From: Eledone cirrhosa
Lineage: Eukaryota
Assembly: GCA_964016885.1 (NCBI GenBank)
Contig: CAXHJY010001155.1
Span: 124,001-188,000, forward strand
Direction: 5' to 3'
DNA: 64,000 nucleotides
The notes beneath the pieces were generated by a model, which did not search any database, was not told the DNA's origin, and saw only the letters and a list, made by a program, of their open reading frames with translations. This document shows positions 55,678 through 64,000 of the stretch, piece after piece; position 1 is the stretch's first letter, and each line of letters opens with the position of its first letter. Position numbers and translations under genes: made by a program.

Positions 55678-58266
55678 CACTGTGTAACAAAAAAAAATTG
55701 TTTCTCTGTTCCTCGCTTGTAATCACTTTTTTTTGTGTTGCTTAGGTCCCAAATAAATAAAAAAAAGTGCTATTAAACAGTTAAAAGTTTGAGTTTGTAA
55801 AAACTCTAAGCTATTCACTAAAATTATTTGTATGCTGGATTTTACATTGTATGTAAATTTAATTTGCTTATGCTAAATGATTTTTTTATATATGTTTCAG
55901 GTTAAATTAAAATTATAAAATAAAGAGTAATACCTAAAGAAAATTATAAAAGGGCAATAAAGTATAAAATTGTTAAAAAGTGGAGTAAAGAGATTTATTG
56001 ATACTGGATTTTCGCACCTTGAATAAAGGGTAAGTTGTGTTTTAAGCACACATTTTCATTAGTATGATTAGTGTTCTTTTATATTATTTAAATATGTATT
56101 TCCCTTTCCAATATTTATTTTGTATTGCATATCAAATTTATTTTGTTTTTCAGGTTTCGATCATGACATTAGACTAGTAATTAAAAATGTCTTTCATTGA
56201 ACTGCACTGCAATTTGGTGCTAACAATTAATTTTTGTTTTGATTACTTTAGCCTGAATTACCCTACTTATTTTATACATGTATGTTCATTTAACATGTTT
56301 TTATTTATACTTTCAGATCTATATTTTCTGACTGCATGTATTTCTATATTTTTAGAATGGCTTCAAGAGGCTCTTTCTGTTTTATATGCGGTGAGTATAT
56401 AAAGAAGAGAGGCTAAAAATTCTCCTTGGAAACGTCGGTGAAGGTTTGTGAAGCCTACCAGAAGTACTCCGGGATGCCAGTTGGGGACCAGGACAAGCAC
56501 TGGGCCCCTCACTACTGTTGTGAGCACTGTAAGAAGATGCTGCGAGGTGAGAAAAGGTCCCTGAAATGTTCCACCCCATGGGTCTGGTTAGAGCCAACAG
56601 ACCACGCCACAAACTGCTTTTTTGGCATGGTGGATGTTAGCAAGCAGCGGAAATGAAAGAATGCTGCTGATGTAGATTATCCAGATCTTCCATCATCAAT
56701 TGCTCCAATTCCTCACTGCTCCAAATATCCTGTGCCAGTGCCACCTGCTCCAGATGAAGTCCAAGACAAGTATTCTGATGAAGAGGAGGGGATGGATGCT
56801 GAGGACTTGGATTACCTGCCTGAGGTACCAGAAAAAGTTCCTCACTTCCCAAACAAAAAAGAAGTCAATGACTTGGTCAGGGATATGGGTCTGACCAAGT
56901 TCAATGCAGAGCTATTCGTCTCCAGGATGAAGCAGTGGAATTTGGTCAAGGAGGAAGTGCAGGTGACAAGTGAGAGAAGTCGACACGAACCTTTTACACT
57001 CTTAGGCATGGCCTCTGCTTCTGCTATGATGTGACTGGACTGTTTGACATTATTGGGGTGCCATTTGTGCCCAAGGAGTGCCGGCCATTTATAGACAGCT
57101 CCACCACAAGTTTGAAGGCTGTCCTCCTCCACAATGGAAACAAGTTCCCGACACTGCCCCTAGCTCATTCAGTCTGCCTGAAGGAAGATTGCTACAGTGT
57201 GAAAGTCCTCTTGGAAGCTCTGCAATACAACCAGTACAATTGGAAAATCATTGGAGACTTCAAGATGGTGGCTTTCCTGCTTGGACTCCAAGGAGGCTTT
57301 ATAGAATCCCAATGCTTCCTTGGCCTTTGGGACAGCAGAACCACCTCTGACCACTACAAAGGAAAGAACTAGGAGCAGCGAACAGAATTTGTAGTTGGGA
57401 CCCAGAACGTCATGTGGGAGCCACTGGTTGATCCCAGGATTGTGCTCATGCCGCCACTGCACATTAAGTTGGGGTTGATGAAGGAGTTTGTGAAGGCTCT
57501 CAACCAAGAATCAGCCGCTTTTAAGTACCTTCTTGAGTTCTTCCCCAAGTTATCTGAGGCCAAAATCAAAGGTGGAATTTTTGTTGGACCTCAGATAAAG
57601 AAGGTGTTTGAGTCTACTGAGTTCTCCAATAAGCTCAATAGGATTGAGGGAACAGCATGGAACTGTTTCAAGGCAGTTGTTAAGGGCTTCCTGGGCAACT
57701 ACAGAGCTGAAAACTACCAGCAACTGGTGCAGGATCAGATAAAGGCCTTTGGCGCCATGGGATGCAGGATGTCATTAAACTCCATATGCTGGACACTCAC
57801 CTGGAAAAATTCAAGGACAATATGGGCGCCTACTCAGAAGAACAAGGCGAACGATTCCACCAAGATGTGAGAGAGATAGAGCGGAGGTACCAAGGCCACT
57901 ACAATGAAAAAATGATGGGGGGACTATATCTGGGGGCTAGTGCGGGAATGCGACCTGGACTACAACTGCAAATCCAGGAAATCCATTCATTTCTGACGTG
58001 TATAAGTTGCTTTATAAGTGTTAGTTGTTTTTACTTGTTTGCTTTTGATAAGCTTGTGTAATAAAATAAATATATACTCTGTTGATTTAATTATATGAAC
58101 TGATAAATTTTAAAAAAATGTGTTTTTTTTTTGAAACATGAAAATTTCGAAATATCAAATTCCTGACCACAAACCCAAACTTCTGATTAAATAATAGTGT
58201 TTTCTTATAATAATGGGATATAACCAGGAAATACACTTAGAACCGGGGAACCATAAATATGTTACA
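55678..58266 (+). mobile_element. Chapaev3-like (CMC superfamily) DNA transposon, near full length
   Basis: Left end TAA|CACTGTGTAACA; right end ...ggaaccataaatatgttaca lacks the terminal cagtg; internal transposase pseudogene. Family name is from recall of CAC termini, TWA target and protein motifs. Confidence 0.75.
56357..57996 (+). pseudogene. Disrupted transposase (Chapaev3-like)
   Basis: MASRG..FCFICGEY..GDQDKHWAPHYCCEHC..EPTDHATNCFF..FIDSSTTSLKAVLLHNGN..IIGDFKMV..PPLHIKLGLMK..KIKGGIFVGPQI..KLHMLDTH..SEEQGERFHQD..GDYIWGL..HF*; several frameshifts and stops. Confidence 0.85.
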
Positions 58267-58886
58267 TGGAAGGATATAATGATATAAAATATTTTCTCAT
58301 TATTAAGCTGATATTTGGAAAATAAACTATCAAAGATTCATACAACTATCAAAGATTCAATATAAACTATCAAACTATCAAAGATTCATACATAAAATGA
58401 TTCTATTTTTTTTTATCTGTTTTTTTTAAAGCTGTTCACCTTATTTTTAAATTAAAAAAAAATAATTCATTTAGTTTTTTTTACTATATTTGCTCCTTAT
58501 TTTTGAAAGAGCATTGTATTTGTTTTATTGATTAAAGTCTTCAGGTTGCTTTAGCAAGACAAACGAATGATATTAACTTTTACATGAAAAACCTCCCCAA
58601 ATAAAATAATTTATATCGGTTATTTGATATATCTGAAGAGAAGAAAGTAAAAGACATGACAAAAGCCATTTTTAATTACATGTGTGAATGAATATTGCTT
58701 AAAAAATTTCTTTTAATAATAATAATATTCCTTATATGGTTTTGGTGAAAAATAATATTCCTTCTTCTTGGAGTAGATTCCAGTTCATATTACAATCACA
58801 TTGGAAAAGAGTCATGTGGAAAAGAAAATGCATATATAAAAAAAATATGTTGTAAACTTATATCTTGATATAGAAACAAGGACATG

Positions 58887-61040
58887 ATTCTAGTTGAGTC
58901 CTGCTCTACCTTAGATAAGTGTAATCTACTATAGCCATGTATTGTAATTCTAGTTCAGTCCTGCTCTACCTTAGACAAGTGTAATCTACTATAGCCATGT
59001 ATTGTAATTCTAGTTCAGTCCTGTTGTATTTTGGACAAGTGTATTCTACTATAGCCATGTATTGTAATTCTAGTTCAGTCCTGCTCTACCTTGGACAAGT
59101 GCTTTCTACTATAGCCATGTATTGTAATTCTAGTTCAGTCCTGTTGTATTTTGGACAAGTGTATTCTACTATAGCCATATATTGTAATTCTAGTTCAGTC
59201 CTGTTGTATTTTGGACAAGTGTATTCTACTATAGCCATGTATTGTAATTCTAGTTCAGTCCTGCTCTACCTTGGACAAGTGCTTTCTACTATAGCCATGT
59301 ATTGTAATTCTAGTTCAGTCCTGTTGTATTTTGGACAAGTGTATTCTACTATAGCCATATATTGTAATTCTAGTTCAGTCCTGTTGTATTTTGGACAAGT
59401 GTATTCTACTATAGCCATGTATTGTAATTCTAGTTCAGTCCTGCTCTACCTTAGACAAGTGTAATCTACTATAGCCATGTATTGTAATTCTAGTTCAGTC
59501 CTGTTGTATTTTGGACAAGTGTATTCTACTATAGCCATGTATTGTAATTCTAGTTCAGTCCTGCTCTACCTTAGACAAGTGTAATCTACTATAGCCATGT
59601 ATTGTAATTCTAGTTCAGTCCTGTTGTATTTTGGACAAGTGTATTCTACTATAGCCATGTATTGTAATTCTAGTTCAGTCCTGCTGTATCTTGGATAAGT
59701 CTATTCTACTATAGCCATATATTGTAATTCTAGTTCAGTCCTGTTGTATTTTGGACAAGTGTATTCTACTATAGCCATGTATTGTAATTCTAGTTCAGTC
59801 CTGCTGTATCTTGGACAAGTGTATTCTACTATAGCCATGTATTGTAATTCTAGTTCAGTCCTGTTGTATTTTGGACAAGTGTATTCTACTATAGCCATGT
59901 ATTGTAATTCTAGTTCAGTCCTGCTGTATCTTGGACAAGTGTATTCTACTATAGCCATGTATTGTAATTCTAGTTCAGTCCTGCTGTATCTTGGACAAGT
60001 GTATTCTACTATAGCCATATATTGTAATTCTAGTTCAGTCCTGCTGTATTTTGGACAAGTGTATTCTACTATAGCCAAATATTGTAATTCTAGTTCAGTC
60101 CTGCTGTATTTTGGACAAGTGTATTCTACTATAGCCATGTATTGTAATTCTAGTTCAGTCCTGCTCTACCTTAGACTTGTCTATTCTACCATAGCCAAAT
60201 ATTGTAATTCTAGTTCAGTCCTGCTGTATTTTGGATAAGTCTATTCTACTATAGCCAAATATTGTAATTCTAGTTCAGTCCTGCTGTATTTTGGACAAGT
60301 GTATTCTACTATAGCCAAATATTGTAATTCTAGTTCAGTCCTGCTCTACCTTAGACTTGTCTATTCTACTATAGCCAAATATTGTAATTCTAGTTCAGTC
60401 CTGTTGTATTTTGGACAAGTGTATTCTACTATAGCCATATATTGTAATTCTAGTTCAGTCCTGCTGTATCTTGGATAAGTGTATTCTACTATAGCCATAT
60501 ATTGTAATTCTAGTTCAGTCCTGTTGTATTTTGGACAACTGTATTCTACTATAGCCATATATTGTAATTCTAGTTCAGTCCTGCTGTATCTTGGACAAGT
60601 GTATTCTACTATAGCCATGTATTGTAATTCTAGTTCAGTCCTGCTGTACCTTAGACTTGTCTATTCTACTATAGCCAAATATTGTAATTCTAGTTCAGTC
60701 CTGCTGTATCTTGGATAAGTGTATTCTACTATAGCCATGTATTGTAATTCTAGTTCAGTCCTGTTGTATCTTAGACTTGTCTATTCTACTATAGCCATGT
60801 ATTGTAATTCTAGTTCAGTCCTGCTGTATCTTAGACTTGTCTATTCTACTATAGCCATATATTGTAATTCTAGTTCAGTCCTGCTGTATCTTGGATAAGT
60901 GTATTCTACTATAGCCATATATTGTAATTCTAGTTCAGTCCTGCTGTATCTTGGATAAGTATATTCTACTATAGCCATATATTGTAATTCTAGTTCAGTC
61001 CTGCTGTATCTTGGATAAGTATATTCTACTATAGCCATGT
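58887..61040. repeat. 60-bp tandem satellite, ~36 copies
   Basis: Unit tagttcagtcctgctgtatcttggacaagtgtattctactatagccatgtattgtaattc; columns align exactly with the 60-nt lines. Confidence 0.97.
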
Positions 61041-61944
61041 GTTGCAAAGTTGTACATGGAAATAAGATACAGAAGAATTTATTTTACTCATCAGCTACCC
61101 TCCAGAAATATAATTTCATGTTTAAGTGGGGGGAGGTATTGTATTTTTACAAATGAATGAAAAATAAAGACATTTACCACAGATCGACAAAGAAACAACA
61201 CATGAACAATAGACACAGAACAAGGAAGTCTTTCAACTAGAACAAACAACAAAGTCTTATGCCTAAGACAAAAGAAGAGGAAGTACAGGTGAATATAAAT
61301 ATGAAAGGCTTTTGAATAAAACAAACAATTAAGGGAATATCATCATCATCATCGTTTAACGTCCATCTTCCACGCTAGCATGGGTTTGGACAGAATATAT
61401 ATATACAAATGCAAAAAGACCTTATATCTGGGACAAAAACAAAAGGCAGTCATTACAATTACATGTTTTAACACCTGCATACACTATAACAGTAACAACC
61501 TACTTTTCAAGTGCAGAAATTCTAAAGTTCTTTTGATTGAAATGAAAGCATTTTCTAACTGTGTCAAACTTCTGTTCTCCATTACTTACTAATTTTCTCT
61601 CCAATCATATTTTTTAACTTTCTCCTTTGTGTCTGTAGTGTGAGTGTGGTGAGGTGATTACATCCTACATTTAGCTTGGCTTTTATTGAACAATGTCTTA
61701 CAAAATATCCATGCCAAGCAACTTTTCTTTCTTTTCTTTCTTACTTACGTATTCTATATTTTGCTGTTCAGGTTGGTTTCTTGTAAAAGCGGAGAGGGTG
61801 TGTGTGCATGTGTGTCTGAGGGAGGGAGAAAGTGAGAGACAGAGAAGGGAGAGTGACTGGAATGAGAGGTAGAAAATTATTTTCCAGGAAAGAAATTTTA
61901 GATTAAATTAAACAAATAATAAAATAATGCAATTTAAACTGTTT

Positions 61945-61965
61945 GTGTGTGTGTGTGTATGCATG

Positions 61966-62016
<51 letters not shown>

Positions 62017-62059
62017 CTGTCTGTCAATATGTATACATATGTGTGTGTGTGTATGTATG

Positions 62060-62107
<48 letters not shown>

Positions 62108-62232
62108 TACATACATACATACATACATACACACACACACATATATATACATATTGACAGACAGACACACACACATATATATATACATAAAGATAGATAC
62201 ATGGACACGCATACATACACACATATATATAA
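61945..62232. repeat. Compound (TG)/(TC)/(TA)/(CA) microsatellite, quasi-palindromic
   Basis: gtgtgtctgtctgtcaatatgtata is mirrored by tatacatattgacagacagacacac. Confidence 0.85.
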
Positions 62233-62399
62233 AGTATTATAGTTAATATGAAGCATTGTGAGATATGCAATAAATGCCTGACTTAACACACATATTCCTG
62301 GAATAATTAGAAAGTTTTATCACATCTGAAATATATTTTAATCTTCAATTATTTCTCAGTTTCCATATCTATAACTTCTCTAGGATTCTTTACTTATTA

Positions 62400-62825
62400 T
62401 CATCAACACCATTCATGCACCACCATCACCATTACCACCACCTACACCATCATCACCACCATTATTCCCAACATCACCACAACCTACACCATTATTACCA
62501 CTACTACTACCACCACCTACACCATCATCATTACTACCACCACCATCATCACCACCATTATTTCCATCATCATCATCACTACCACAACTACCACCACCTA
62601 CACCATCATCACCACCATCACTATTACTACCAACACTACCACCACCACATACACCATCATCATCTTTACCACCAGCACAACAAAACTACCCACTCACCAC
62701 AACCAAACCACCAACTTACTACAACCATACCACCCACCTCCACCACCAGCACTGTTCACAACCACCACCAACTTCAGCACCAGTCATCACCATCAACATC
62801 ATAATCATTACATTCATCATTGCTA
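62400..62825. repeat. Degenerate (CAC/CAT/TAC)n trinucleotide repeat
   Basis: Poly-His reading frame produced by a simple repeat. Confidence 0.85.
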
Positions 62826-63056
62826 TCATTATGATTATTGTTCTTACCCTGAGAGAAAGATTGTTCATAATTCTCATTGCAGCTTAATCTGGAATTGGTT
62901 TAATATATCAAGAAGCAAACTTTGCATACCTTTTCTTAATATGCACAGCTTTTTTAAAACTGTGTGTATGTGTATATATATATATACACACACACCATAC
63001 ACGAACATACGTATGTGTACATGTGTGTGTATCTATATACATCATCATTTTTTTTT

Positions 63057-63380
63057 TTTACGTCCGCTTTTCCCTGCTTGCAAGGGTGGGACGAGAACTG
63101 ATGATGGCTTGATTTCTACAGCTGGATGCCCTTCCTAACACCAACCTCATTTACAGTGAGTGATGGGTGCTTTTTTGCCATGGCACCTCCACGACCACTT
63201 TGCAGTGGAATGATAGGGACCCCAGTCCCTATCATCTCATTTCTACAGCTGAGTAAACTGGAGCAATGTGAAATAAAGTGTCTTGCTCAAGGAAACAACA
63301 CATCACCCGGTCTGAGAATTGAACTCACAACCTTTCGATTGCAAGGCCAATGCTTTAACCACTAAGCCATGTGCCTCCAT
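63057..63380 (-). mobile_element. Young composite SINE, second copy
   Basis: About 10 differences from 13497-13820 over ~325 bp, counted by eye. Confidence 0.85.
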
Positions 63381-63418
63381 ACATATATATAAATATGTGA
63401 GTGTCTGTGTAATGTATG

Positions 63419-63471
<53 letters not shown>

Positions 63472-64000
63472 GTATATATCATTTCATTTCATTTGTATAT
63501 ATATATGTATATATATATATACTTATGTATATACATATATATATATGTATATACATATATATATGTATATACATATATATATGTATCTGGAGGTATGTGA
63601 TTTTAAAGCGATGAAATACCAATGAAGGTTCGAAAATCACTGATGAAGGACTATTTTTATCATATGTGCAACCAAGCAGTATTCATTCTTCTCATGTTTT
63701 TTATATATATATTTCCCAGCTGCGTTTGTCTGTTTCTCTCTTACTGCTTCCCCCCTCTCTCTGTTTCTCTCACCTTCTTTCGCCTCCTCTGTCAGTTACA
63801 CTTTCTCTCGACTGGCCTCTTCCTCGCATTTCCACTCACTCACTCTCTGCTTCTCCCCTTCTCACTTCCTACCGTTTGGCCTGAAGTGAGGTCCTTTCTT
63901 GCTCACACCTCACTCGCGTCGCACGGTCTGTTGTCTCTCGCCCATGAAATCCACACAGCTTAAGCTGATCGGACTCCCATGTGCTTGTTTTTTCCTATCT

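Noticed and set aside
58887-61040. CRISPR-like array or 20-aa repeat protein
   Set aside because: No unique spacers and no cas genes; units are contiguous, several contain stops, and the context is eukaryotic. The ORFs arise only because 60 is a multiple of 3.
62415-62804. Poly-histidine ORF as a cephalopod His-rich structural protein
   Set aside because: No signal peptide and no Gly-rich GHG-type repeats; it is a degenerate CAC/CAT repeat like others in the window.

Overview
AT-rich, repeat-dense animal genomic DNA. The SINE families, RTE LINE remnants and (TA)n/(CA)n/(CAT)n tracts suggest a cephalopod, probably an octopod (inference). Almost all supplied ORFs are microsatellite, satellite or decayed-TE artefacts. 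One host gene can be assembled by eye on the minus strand from four phase-compatible exons (31428-31541, 6508-6585, 1803-1875, 583-638). It has a GC-box promoter near 31.7 kb and a ~25 kb first intron, and its product has profilin-like motif spacing. Mobile DNA includes a near-complete decayed Chapaev3-type (CMC) transposon, a mariner relic, Helitron derivatives, piggyBac- and hAT-like MITEs, RTE LINE 3' fragments (one with a PHD-type finger inside the RT region) and many SINEs. Two minisatellite arrays (47 bp and 60 bp units) are each traceable to a SINE segment. The least obvious layer is at least five minimal hammerhead-ribozyme-like motifs plus a series of (TA)n-anchored fold-back palindromes, typical of Penelope-like retroelement termini. 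All calls were made by eye; coordinates of decayed repeats are approximate.
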